From Euryarchaeota archaeon UBA463 (GTDB lineage: Archaea > Thermoplasmatota > Poseidoniia > Poseidoniales > Thalassarchaeaceae), in the NCBI GenBank assembly GCA_002501805.1, contig DAOI01000008.1:31420-95419 (forward strand): a stretch of 64,000 nucleotides of DNA, given 5' to 3'. Each line of letters begins with the position of its first letter. Positions within the stretch are counted from its first letter, which is position 1. This document shows, in pieces, positions 1 to 9,489 of this stretch. Position numbers and translations under genes: made by a program. Below the pieces are notes generated by a model. It was not told where the DNA came from and searched no databases. It saw only the letters and a program-made list of their open reading frames with translations.

Positions 1-2
1 AC

Positions 3-1682
3 CAGGCTTTCGCACTCACGGTAATTACCGTGGTAGTACCGACACTGCTATCCAACATGTTCAACCTAGCAAATGGAGGAAGCGCGGAATATGCCGGTAT
101 GACATTTACTGGGGACAGTTTCTATGCTGTAGTACTCGGGATTTCTAGTGTCTTTGTGGCTATTGTTAGTCCAGTGTTAGGAGCCATAGCAGATAGGATG
201 CCCATTAAGAAAAAGATTCTGAAGATCTATACTATCGTTGGAATTCTATTCACTGCTCTAATGGGGTTAGCTCCCTATATGAGTGAGGAGTCATCATACA
301 AATTCTTGGCTATTTGCCTGATTATGGGCAATATAGGATTTGCTGGAGGTCATGCGATTTACTCGGCCTTCCTTCCCTATCTGGGAGATAAGCGCCTAAT
401 GGACCATATCTCCAGCTGGGGATATGCCTATGGTTTTCTAGGTGGTTCGACGCTACTAACGATTCATTTGATTGTAGGTTTAAGATTTGGATTCGAGGAC
501 CCTAATGTTCAGTGTTTCGTTTTCCTAACTAGCGCCTTGTGGTGGCTAGGTTTCTCAGTGCCTATTTTCAGAAACACTCCTGAGCCTGAAATACCAAGTC
601 CTACTCAATACTCGTCTATTTTTGAAGCGATAATAGATGGAGTCAGGGAGATTCGTAAGACGTTCTCTGAGATTCGTAGATACAGGGTACTGACTCTGTT
701 CATGTGTGGGTATCTGTTATTCTATGATGGGGTAAATGCGATTGGAGGATTAGCTGCGGCATATGCAGATTCCGTATTGAGGATAGACTTCAGTATGAAT
801 TTCGTTCTTCTTCTTTCTGCCAACATAGTCGCTATTCCAATGACTATCATAGGCGGTTCGCTAGCTAGTAGGTACAGTAACAAGAAGATTCTAGGTGGGG
901 CTCTGGCGATATTCTGTGTTGTGTCAGTTCTGGGGGTGGGATTTGCACCTCTTGAGCTGGACGGCGACCATGAGAGATATGACTTCCGTTATGACTGGGA
1001 TCAGGAAGAGGATTCATACAAACTTTCAACACTCTACAATCGAGGAGTGGACGGTTGGGTTAGTGAGTCAGGAGAGGGGGACGAGGAGTTCAGGGAGGCA
1101 TTCCTGCAATTTCTGAAGTCGGGCGACGATGAGCGTTCCTTACTAAGTCTCGAAGAGTCTTCATTACTGGCTCTTAGGATGGAAAATAGTACTCAACACA
1201 GATTCTCCTTCTCCTTCCGTGGCGGAGTATTGGATGGAGCCTCTTCTGTAGGTATTGATCATCCCACAGTTATCGAAGGAGGGCCAATAGACTGGTGGCC
1301 TAACTTGCTAAGAGACAATGTCTGGGAGCCTGCAGGGCTAGGAATTAACCTACAGTGGATAATATTAGGAATGACATTTGGTATGGTGATGGGAGTTGCC
1401 GGAGCTCTATCTAGAAGTCTCTTCAGTATGCTGATTCCTACGTCGAAGACTACTGAGTTCTTTGGGTTCTTCGCATTCATAGGGAAGGCAGTTTCGGTCC
1501 TAGGGCCAATAGTGTATGCGATAGTAGCTGCCTCTATGGATAGCAGGATGGGGCTTCTGAGCGTGGTGGTTCCCATCTTGATGGGAATGTGTTTCTTCTT
1601 CGTTGTAGATATTGAAGAGGGAATTCGTGTCGCAAGAGAGGTTGATGAAGAGGTGGCCTCTGGGACTAATGAAGTGGTGTAA
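3..1682 (+). CDS. MFS transporter, UMF1/Atg22-like, 5'-truncated by window edge
   Basis: Frame is open from base 3 (QAFALTVITVVVP). Has LGAIADR, ISSWGYAYGFLGG, SRSLFSMLIP and EFFGFFAFIGK motifs and ~12 hydrophobic segments. Confidence 0.85.
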   Translation, partial: QAFALTVITVVVPTLLSNMFNLANGGSAEYAGMTFTGDSFYAVVLGISSVFVAIVSPVLGAIADRMPIKKKILKIYTIVGILFTALMGLAPYMSEESSYKFLAICLIMGNIGFAGGHAIYSAFLPYLGDKRLMDHISSWGYAYGFLGGSTLLTIHLIVGLRFGFEDPNVQCFVFLTSALWWLGFSVPIFRNTPEPEIPSPTQYSSIFEAIIDGVREIRKTFSEIRRYRVLTLFMCGYLLFYDGVNAIGGLAAAYADSVLRIDFSMNFVLLLSANIVAIPMTIIGGSLASRYSNKKILGGALAIFCVVSVLGVGFAPLELDGDHERYDFRYDWDQEEDSYKLSTLYNRGVDGWVSESGEGDEEFREAFLQFLKSGDDERSLLSLEESSLLALRMENSTQHRFSFSFRGGVLDGASSVGIDHPTVIEGGPIDWWPNLLRDNVWEPAGLGINLQWIILGMTFGMVMGVAGALSRSLFSMLIPTSKTTEFFGFFAFIGKAVSVLGPIVYAIVAASMDSRMGLLSVVVPILMGMCFFFVVDIEEGIRVAREVDEEVASGTNEVV

Positions 1683-2428
1683 TGAGGGCTTTCACAATTA
1701 TTCAAAATTTTCTGACAGCTATAGCAATTCCATTCCTAGCTCTCATTATAGGGATTTGCTCCTTTCCTGGAATCTATATTTTTTTCAAGATTATTGACCT
1801 GTTCGGAACTAGTATAGATTCATTCAACGATATAGATAGTGTTCCATTGGAGGATTTTGTAATTACTGGAGCAGCACTTGGTATGGGAATAACTGCTTGG
1901 GGAGTGACTCTAGTGATTTTCTCTGGGCTATTAGGAGGTCTATTTCGGCCGAGGCTGGAGCCAGGAAGATATCCACTGAAGTCCTTTGTAACAATCCAGT
2001 GGGCTTGGTCGATGATTTTTCACAAAATAGCTCTTTTCTTCTTGCCCTTTCTAGTTCCATCATTTATTGGCAATACTTTCTATCGACTATCAGGTGCAAA
2101 GTTAGGAAAAGGAGTACAAATCAATTCAGCACACCTCAATGATGCCGGTTCTGTAACTCTAGGAGATGGCGTGGTAATTGGAGGAAAGGCCATCATCAAT
2201 GCACATTTGACTGAGAAAGGAGAGTTGGTGATGGCTCCGGTAAATATTGGTAAGGACGCTCTGATCGGGATGGGTTCTGTCATTCAGCCGGGTTGTGTCA
2301 TCGGAGAGGGGGCAATCATAGCATCAAGAGCGGTGGTCCCCAAGTGGACTACCATCCCTGCAGGGGAAGTATGGGCTGGAATTCCAGCTAGATGTATTAG
2401 ACTGGCAGATGGTACCATACCAGAGTAG
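1682..2428 (+). CDS. Membrane-anchored left-handed beta-helix (hexapeptide repeat) acyltransferase-like protein
   Basis: N-terminal TM helices, then GAKLGKGVQI, LGDGVVIG, IGKDALIG, IGEGAII repeats and WAGIPA. ATG overlaps the upstream TAA. Confidence 0.8.
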   Translation: MRAFTIIQNFLTAIAIPFLALIIGICSFPGIYIFFKIIDLFGTSIDSFNDIDSVPLEDFVITGAALGMGITAWGVTLVIFSGLLGGLFRPRLEPGRYPLKSFVTIQWAWSMIFHKIALFFLPFLVPSFIGNTFYRLSGAKLGKGVQINSAHLNDAGSVTLGDGVVIGGKAIINAHLTEKGELVMAPVNIGKDALIGMGSVIQPGCVIGEGAIIASRAVVPKWTTIPAGEVWAGIPARCIRLADGTIPE

Positions 2429-2439
2429 TGGAGATGTCC

Positions 2440-3075
2440 TCACACTTCTTCTTCTGATATCTCTGATTCTTCTGGAGCGTCTTCTTCCACGGTGGCGTTT
2501 TCAGACGTTGCTTCCTTGACGGCCTCAAGCGTCTCATCCATTCTATCTCTGAAAGTATCCTGCTTCTCCTGGAACTCCTTGAAATATTCCATGGCCCGAT
2601 CAATCATCTCAAATCTTGTCTCAGTGACCTTCTTGATATCTTCGAATATCTTCATGTGCTCCACGTACCAGTCGTCTCTGGCCTTCAACTCAGAAGTAGC
2701 GGTCTGAAGTGCTTCATCGAGCTCCTCTGCGACATCGAATACTCTTCCAAGCCTAGCTTGTTCCCTGGTGTACATCTCTTCCATCTTCTCCAGTTCAGGC
2801 TCGAGATGCTTTACTCTTGTTCCTGCCTTAGCTGACTCTATCTCGAGGTTCCTGATACGACTATCCTTCTCATTGAGAAGATCGCCCAATCCCTCTTTCT
2901 CGATTTCCTTGTCGATTGCGTCCTTTTCGAGAACTTCGATGTGGGCTTTGGCGTCAGCTAGCTCAGATTCGATTGCCTGATATGCCACGTAAAGCTTGTC
3001 AAGTCGTTCCTTCTCCATGGCTAGTTGCTCAGCCAAATCGTCCTGTTCGACAGGTATTGTTTCCTCGTCGCTCAT
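2440..3075 (-). CDS. Acidic long coiled-coil protein, function unknown
   Basis: E/K/L-rich heptad pattern throughout. ATG at 3075 preferred over TTG at 3087. Confidence 0.7.
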   Translation of the reverse strand: MSDEETIPVEQDDLAEQLAMEKERLDKLYVAYQAIESELADAKAHIEVLEKDAIDKEIEKEGLGDLLNEKDSRIRNLEIESAKAGTRVKHLEPELEKMEEMYTREQARLGRVFDVAEELDEALQTATSELKARDDWYVEHMKIFEDIKKVTETRFEMIDRAMEYFKEFQEKQDTFRDRMDETLEAVKEATSENATVEEDAPEESEISEEEV

Positions 3076-3155
3076 GGTGTATCCCAAACAGTTGGACTAC
3101 TGCTTCCCCTTTAACCCCGGCGGAAACGGGATACAAATACATGGGATTAGTGTAT

Positions 3156-4556
3156 TCATCTCGAAATCGCGGCTACAGTCGTTGCCAGTACCACTGTCAG
3201 TCTCTTTGCCGAGGGGATGTGGAGCTTTTCGTCGGGACCATGTGCATTGTTTCCGGGCCCAGAGGCCCCTGTGCACAGAAACTTGGCTTTTGGGTATCTA
3301 CTCTGCATCATAGCCATGAATGGAATTGTTCCACCAATCCAAGTTGCTAAAGGGGGTCTACCGGTTAAGTACATAGAAGCCTCAGTAATGGCCCTCTTTA
3401 CCTCTCCATCTAGCGGAGGGGAATGAAAACCATTTGCGGACGAGTCAGGCGAGAATGAAACCTCTGCTCCATATGGTGGATTTTCCTCTAGGGTTTCCTT
3501 CAGAATCGGCTCTAGAGAGTCTGCATCGACTCCAGGGGGTATTCTAAAGCTCAATTTTAGATCGGTATTGGTTCTCAGTACATTTCCAGCCACCTGAACT
3601 GATGGTAGACCATCAGCTCCGATGACGCATAGTGAGGGTTGCCAATTCATTCCCAGAATCATGTCTGCAGTATTATCCAAAACCGGAAGGAGTGTGTCTA
3701 CCGTGGGAAGCTGTTGCCAAAGCGAGTCCCCCACCACGTTGGCGAGTGACTCCGCCTTGCTTCTCAGATCATCGGATATGTCAACATGCATTTCAGGAAT
3801 CAAAATCTGTCCTGAGTTTGAGTCTTCTACCCTATCTAACAGTGCCCTAGCTATCCTAAATGAAGATGGAATAGATCCTCCGGAAGTACCCGAGTGGATT
3901 CCCTCATGTGAAACCTTGATTGAAAGAGTACCCGAGATAAGGCCCCTTAGTGCCTCTGTAATCCAGATATGATCATAGTCAGGACCACCACTATCCATTA
4001 CTACAATCATATCGGGCTCTCCTAAATCTTCCTGCAGAGCCTCGAGATAAGGAGGTAGATCATAGGATCCTGATTCTTCACAGGTTTCGATTAAGAAGGA
4101 GCATTTTGGATGAGGAATATTGGAGTTCTGAAGAATCTTCAGAGCAGCTACGCATAGGTACCCCCCATATCCGTCGTCGATACTGCCCCTACCGAAGAGC
4201 CAGGGATCCCTCCTGACAGATTTCAAAGGACCGAGTCCCTCGGACCACAGTTCTGGCTTGGAGGGTTGCTTATCCAGATGAGAGTAGAAGATAATCTCAC
4301 CCGGTCCTGTCCCCTCGACAGTGATAAGCAGGACTGGAGACCTGTCTTCGATCCTGTGAACTGAGTAGGTCATTCCATTCAGATTCTGGGTTTCAACCCA
4401 CTTACAGAATAGATCAATTGTGGCGTCAAGCTCCCCTAGCTTACGCCAATCTGGTTCGAACAGTGGAGAGAGGGCCTTGATGGATATGAATTCACTGAGG
4501 CTGGGGATAATTGAGTTCTCCCATATATCATCACTCATAGTCAGAAGCCGGTCCAT
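3156..4556 (-). CDS. M20/M25/M40 metallopeptidase (ArgE/DapE-like)
   Basis: YSHLDKQP, GRGSIDDG, CEESGS and NAHGPDE metal-ligand motifs. Start uncertain (4592/4568/4556). Confidence 0.9.
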   Translation of the reverse strand: MDRLLTMSDDIWENSIIPSLSEFISIKALSPLFEPDWRKLGELDATIDLFCKWVETQNLNGMTYSVHRIEDRSPVLLITVEGTGPGEIIFYSHLDKQPSKPELWSEGLGPLKSVRRDPWLFGRGSIDDGYGGYLCVAALKILQNSNIPHPKCSFLIETCEESGSYDLPPYLEALQEDLGEPDMIVVMDSGGPDYDHIWITEALRGLISGTLSIKVSHEGIHSGTSGGSIPSSFRIARALLDRVEDSNSGQILIPEMHVDISDDLRSKAESLANVVGDSLWQQLPTVDTLLPVLDNTADMILGMNWQPSLCVIGADGLPSVQVAGNVLRTNTDLKLSFRIPPGVDADSLEPILKETLEENPPYGAEVSFSPDSSANGFHSPPLDGEVKRAITEASMYLTGRPPLATWIGGTIPFMAMMQSRYPKAKFLCTGASGPGNNAHGPDEKLHIPSAKRLTVVLATTVAAISR

Positions 4557-4626
4557 GTCGTGTTCCATGTGTATTGGTATGCAATGTAGCAAATGGATTC
4601 TTCTGTCCAGCGTTATTAGAAATATG

Positions 4627-7600
4627 CTAAGTGCAGGTCGAGCAAGTACAAGGATACCGAGTAATTGGGGCTTCTGATAAGAGTGCCATTTCCGTCACGG
4701 TATTCATGGCGATCTCTAACTTTTGAAGTGCCTCTAGGAACATGTCTTCCGGGTATTCAACGATTCTACCAGTTATGCCAACTAATATTGCTGGCCTTAG
4801 GACCTCTCTGTAAGGTAGCCCTCTGTTCTTCCTCTCATCCTCGATAGACTTCAAAGACGAGTAATACAGTGTCAACTGCATCGCGTGGTGTTCGAGAATA
4901 TCCATCTCCGATTGAGATACTGGATTGATAGAATCGTTGCCCAATGACGATATTAGGCCTTCGGAATCAAAATCAGAGATACTCATTGCCTCCTCGGTCT
5001 TCAGATCTATGGGCCTGACGAAACTCCCTTCCTCAGAGGTAGTGCAAAGTACCAGATCTATCACCCCATCCATCTCTAAAGAAGCGTGGTCGATGTATGA
5101 GAGGGGCTCTATTCCATCGGGAGACCATCTCCCTCTCGTAATCCCCCCAGGGTCTACAGTCCTGGCGATATGGAATGGCATCTCAGTTCGTAAGCCATCT
5201 ACTAAATGACCATCGACTGAGGTACCAGAGCATAGTTCCCCCAGAGGTCCCTTTCTAATTCTTTCAAGTATTGTCCTGACTATTTTAGAGCACCCTTCCC
5301 TATCTGCTTCCAGTGGTAGTATTTCATGGAACACCTGTTCCATAAGTGAGTCATCGGTAAGTCTGTCCGGACTCTTGCTTATCCATGAGCTAGGTAGATT
5401 CGGAATGATATCACTTGGAGAGCCAGGATTCATCAGCCCTATCTCGAAAATCCTGTGAACCACTTTACCAAGTGTGGCGGCATCAATGCCGGATGGCAAT
5501 GTTTTGTCCTCTGGTTGTCCCGAGTGATACTCTGAGCTCTTTGCCGGGCTACCTCCCCTTGTCTCGAGCCAGTATCTCCTAGGACATTCATTGTATACCG
5601 TCAGATTGTGAGGAGCGATCCTAACTCTGTTGCCCCTATCATTTCTGGAAGTAGTATTTGGTGCGGGAAGGAGGGAGGCTGATTCAGAAGACGCTTGATT
5701 GGTTCTCTCGATCTTTTGCAGGGGTGTCAGGACTGTTCTGGTCGTCTTATTTGTCGTTTCAAAGCACATCGGATGATGCAATATGGTTATGCCATGGAGA
5801 TTATTTGATCCTAGCATTCCTGAGGTTGATGCTAATAGTGGATCTATCTCCCTGATACCTTCGTTAGTAACTGTTGGAGGAGATTGAGATTGTGAGTCTT
5901 CTGAAGAAAGCCAATGAGATGATTCCTCCCCTCTCTTCCACGAACCCTGTCTAAGAGATTCTAGCCACATTTCTCCGAGTTGGGGAACTGATTTTCCATA
6001 AGACCAAGAAAAAGTGATCCCCTTTCCATCCTCCCAATTAGTGTGCTTGGGGGACCCACAAATTATCAGCTTCTCTTCAGCTCTTGTGGCCGCTACGTAA
6101 AGCAACCTCCTTGCTTCGGCATTCCTTCTGGCCAAGTGGACTTTCTTCACGTGTTTCCAGAGTGGGGAAACTGGATCTTTAGAAGGCCATGGCTTGGGAT
6201 GGCCCCCGAATAAATCAGGAGTCACAATGAGTCTCTCAGAGGATTCTATTCTGATATTTGTCTGCCTTCCGGAGAATACATCTGCTAGGATTACTACCTT
6301 AGATTCTAGGCCCTTTGATCCATGGATTGTCATAACTCTGACAGCGTCTGAGTCGGGCACATTCACTGCCTCTGTACTGTTCTTATCTCCCTCTCTTAGT
6401 CTACGGACACTGTCCGCAATTACCTTGCAGTCACCGCCGAGATCCATAGCCAACGTGCTCACTAGTTGAATAAACTGCTCGGCATCCTGCCTTGAGGTAT
6501 TGTCTGGGTAGGCCATCAGTAGGTCTGATCTATCCAATGTCTCGTTGAGAGCTTCGACTAGTCTGCTAGACTTGGAGAGGATCTCCCATCTTTTTATCAT
6601 CTCTTTATGCCTGTCATTTACTGTGAAATCTCGTAATCTAGCTAGCATATCTTCCCCTCTGGATGAGTCCCCAATGAATCTCTGTAGTTGTTTGTCATCG
6701 AGTCCTATTAGTGGAGACCTTGCTACCCATGCGGCGTGATGGGGAGAGTCGGGCCTTGCCAATAGCTGCAATAGGCCATCGAGGGCATGTACGGTCGGAC
6801 GTTGTAGGAGGCTTCCTTCCCTGTCGGCCTGAGCAGGGACACCAACAACTGAGAGCTCTCTCATTATGCTGTCCCTCAGCTTACTCCTGCTTGGAAGGAG
6901 AATCATGATGTCACTCGGAGCGATTGGCTCTTCTGCCGGTAGCTCGCTCCACTTTCCTGACGATGAGAGAACCCTTATTGGCTCTCCTTTGATCAAATTT
7001 CTGGCCCTCAGTGCGATTAGCATCGCCTGCCTTTCGATCGAGTTCGGCTTTCCGAATCCGAACGAGTCTATGGGGGCAGTGAGATCTTCTGGGGAATCAT
7101 CATCCCCGCCGTTTAGTACAGGGCATATCCATTCAATCGATCCAGACGAGTCTGAGTTTTCCTCAGACGGACGCAGGGGTTGTGATGTAGCGTAGAAGTC
7201 TCCTCTTGGGAAATCTTTGTGCCTGTCTGAAAACACATCATCCCACCAGTGATTCATTGCTTCTAATAGCCCTCCCTTGGTACGATAGTTAACATTTAGT
7301 CGGATCAACCCGTTCCTCCTTCTATCGATTTCCTCGGGCTCTGGGATACGTCCTCTATCTGGAAGATCGAAAGGAACCCATGGTGTCGTATCAATTCCAG
7401 ATAAGTGTGTCAGTGTCTTTGCCTGTTTGATTCCAACTAGATGTGCATTTCTTGGATCCCTGCTACTGTCGATCTTCCTTAGTGTGGGCTTTTGTCGTAA
7501 TAACGGGATGCTGGAGAATTCATGTTGATTTATCGCCATCAGTGTTCTAGCATATTCAAGGAATCCGACCACTTCAGCCTGTCTGAAAGCATAGATGCTC

Positions 7601-9489
7601 TGCTTGACATCGCCAACGTAGCATACAGTGGGTTGCCATGGCGTATCGGGGGTTGGAATCTCTCCCTCCAGGACAGTCCTCTCCCCCCAGAGTCTGGAAA
7701 GAAGCCTCCATTGGAGAGGAGAGTTATCCTGTGCCTCGTCAATTATGAATGCCCTGAATCTCCTTCGAATGGTCCTGAGAAGATCGTATCTCCTTTCCAG
7801 ATCTGATCTTATGGCTGTCAATTCGGATATTGATTCTCCTGCTAACTTTGGATTATTCTCTAATGTGGATATCTGCTTTAACGCGGCCAGTATATGATCG
7901 TCTCTCCAAGGTTCATCGCCTATGGAATCTAGTTCTCTAATTACCTCTTGGGGGTAGTATTTACGACACACTTCTGGACATTTGGAAAGCAGAAGGTCGC
8001 TTGCCAGGGCCTGTATATCATCGAAATCGTGGACCTCTTCTCTTTCCTTCATCCTTCTCAGAATCCCTTTGAATCCTAGATGTGCTAACCTGAGATCATC
8101 CAGATTCCTAGCTTCTGCTTCTATGGTGAAGTAGTATCTCTCTGATTTTTCTCCTTGAGGAAGCCTATCTGGGATGGTGTCTGGTAGTGGGGACAGGGAT
8201 TTCCCACGAGATAGAGGTGAGCAAGGAGGGGATGCCGAGTCTAGTAGCATTGCAATCTGAGCAAAATGGAGAGTCAGGGAACCAGTAGAGTCAGTCCATG
8301 CGTTCCTGATTCTATCTATTTCCAAGTTGAGTGCTTCTTTGGTAGATTCCTTGGTGTGCTTGTCCTTTATTGCGCTCCAAGACTTAACGCCCCTCGGCCA
8401 GTGGCTGTCATCAGGAATATTTTGTCTGGGAAATATGGTTGGAGCCCCAGATTGAACTGTTGATGCACTGGTGGTGCAATCGAGATGGTGCGCAAGCCAT
8501 ACTAATTGTTCCCATGTATCGGAAGGAATCTGTTGATTTAGTGCTAATAGACAGGCCATTCTCGATTCTTGGGGAATGCCCCCGGCGACCATTTCGGGAG
8601 ATCCAAGGATGATGTCACAGTATCTCTCACTGCCTTCATTTATCTTCGAACACATTGACTCAACTAGGTGCCTATCAATTGTAGATAGGATTCTTTCCCT
8701 GAGTAGTAGGGGGTCTACATGGCCGTTCTTGTCAGTTATTCTCCTAAGTCCTTCCTCGATGAAGACGGATTTCTTAACAAGACCGCTGAGTAGCCTAGCT
8801 GCGGTCTTCCTACCAGAGTATCTCCTGGCTATTCTCTCTCTGGCCTCGAGGACATCTAACGCTATCTCTGCTGGAATGCCCGCATCGACTGCATCTCCAA
8901 GACCGGAGATTGAGCTTGGAAGCCTCCAAAGTGTATCGAGGGCGTCTTCGATAAGTAGTATCCTGCTTGCATCGGAAATATTCTCCCTGCTGAGAGCATC
9001 TCCTAGGAATCCTCTGTAAGGAGAGACTAATTGATTGAAGAAGGAGTCTATGGTCCCTATTGGGGCGTCCTCTAGAAGGGTTAGAAGCTGCTCTGGAAGG
9101 CCGGGATGGGTTACTCTTGGGTCGGCTCTATTCTGTTCGGAGACCGAGGAGGAGCCCATTCTCAGTTTCATTATCTCATCCCTCAACCTATGCCTCATCT
9201 CATCTGCCGCCTTGTTGGTGAATGTTAGTAGGACGACCTCTCCTGGAAGAAGCCCGGGGTGGTTCTCGGGAGCCACCGTCTCCGAAGAGGGAGAAATTAG
9301 GACCCCTCCTCTAAGTGGAGGGGGCCTTTCTGGGACTGGGAGTATTCTAGTGGCCCTTTGATCGCCACAAAGATAGTGCTCAATCACTCTGTCAATGATG
9401 GTCTTGGTCTTTCCTGTCCCGGCTCCAGCATCGATTACAATATGAGAATCCAAGTTTAGCGCAAGTCGCTGAGCAGTATTGGGAATCAT
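4627..9489 (-). CDS. addA: AddA/UvrD-like SF1 helicase fused to C-terminal PD-(D/E)XK nuclease
   Basis: AGAGTGKT, IIDEAQD, GDVKQSIYAFR, NYRT, TIHGSKGLE, LLYVAATRA; nuclease GVIDLV..DLKT..QLTLY. Confidence 0.88.
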   Translation of the reverse strand: MIPNTAQRLALNLDSHIVIDAGAGTGKTKTIIDRVIEHYLCGDQRATRILPVPERPPPLRGGVLISPSSETVAPENHPGLLPGEVVLLTFTNKAADEMRHRLRDEIMKLRMGSSSVSEQNRADPRVTHPGLPEQLLTLLEDAPIGTIDSFFNQLVSPYRGFLGDALSRENISDASRILLIEDALDTLWRLPSSISGLGDAVDAGIPAEIALDVLEARERIARRYSGRKTAARLLSGLVKKSVFIEEGLRRITDKNGHVDPLLLRERILSTIDRHLVESMCSKINEGSERYCDIILGSPEMVAGGIPQESRMACLLALNQQIPSDTWEQLVWLAHHLDCTTSASTVQSGAPTIFPRQNIPDDSHWPRGVKSWSAIKDKHTKESTKEALNLEIDRIRNAWTDSTGSLTLHFAQIAMLLDSASPPCSPLSRGKSLSPLPDTIPDRLPQGEKSERYYFTIEAEARNLDDLRLAHLGFKGILRRMKEREEVHDFDDIQALASDLLLSKCPEVCRKYYPQEVIRELDSIGDEPWRDDHILAALKQISTLENNPKLAGESISELTAIRSDLERRYDLLRTIRRRFRAFIIDEAQDNSPLQWRLLSRLWGERTVLEGEIPTPDTPWQPTVCYVGDVKQSIYAFRQAEVVGFLEYARTLMAINQHEFSSIPLLRQKPTLRKIDSSRDPRNAHLVGIKQAKTLTHLSGIDTTPWVPFDLPDRGRIPEPEEIDRRRNGLIRLNVNYRTKGGLLEAMNHWWDDVFSDRHKDFPRGDFYATSQPLRPSEENSDSSGSIEWICPVLNGGDDDSPEDLTAPIDSFGFGKPNSIERQAMLIALRARNLIKGEPIRVLSSSGKWSELPAEEPIAPSDIMILLPSRSKLRDSIMRELSVVGVPAQADREGSLLQRPTVHALDGLLQLLARPDSPHHAAWVARSPLIGLDDKQLQRFIGDSSRGEDMLARLRDFTVNDRHKEMIKRWEILSKSSRLVEALNETLDRSDLLMAYPDNTSRQDAEQFIQLVSTLAMDLGGDCKVIADSVRRLREGDKNSTEAVNVPDSDAVRVMTIHGSKGLESKVVILADVFSGRQTNIRIESSERLIVTPDLFGGHPKPWPSKDPVSPLWKHVKKVHLARRNAEARRLLYVAATRAEEKLIICGSPKHTNWEDGKGITFSWSYGKSVPQLGEMWLESLRQGSWKRGEESSHWLSSEDSQSQSPPTVTNEGIREIDPLLASTSGMLGSNNLHGITILHHPMCFETTNKTTRTVLTPLQKIERTNQASSESASLLPAPNTTSRNDRGNRVRIAPHNLTVYNECPRRYWLETRGGSPAKSSEYHSGQPEDKTLPSGIDAATLGKVVHRIFEIGLMNPGSPSDIIPNLPSSWISKSPDRLTDDSLMEQVFHEILPLEADREGCSKIVRTILERIRKGPLGELCSGTSVDGHLVDGLRTEMPFHIARTVDPGGITRGRWSPDGIEPLSYIDHASLEMDGVIDLVLCTTSEEGSFVRPIDLKTEEAMSISDFDSEGLISSLGNDSINPVSQSEMDILEHHAMQLTLYYSSLKSIEDERKNRGLPYREVLRPAILVGITGRIVEYPEDMFLEALQKLEIAMNTVTEMALLSEAPITRYPCTCSTCT

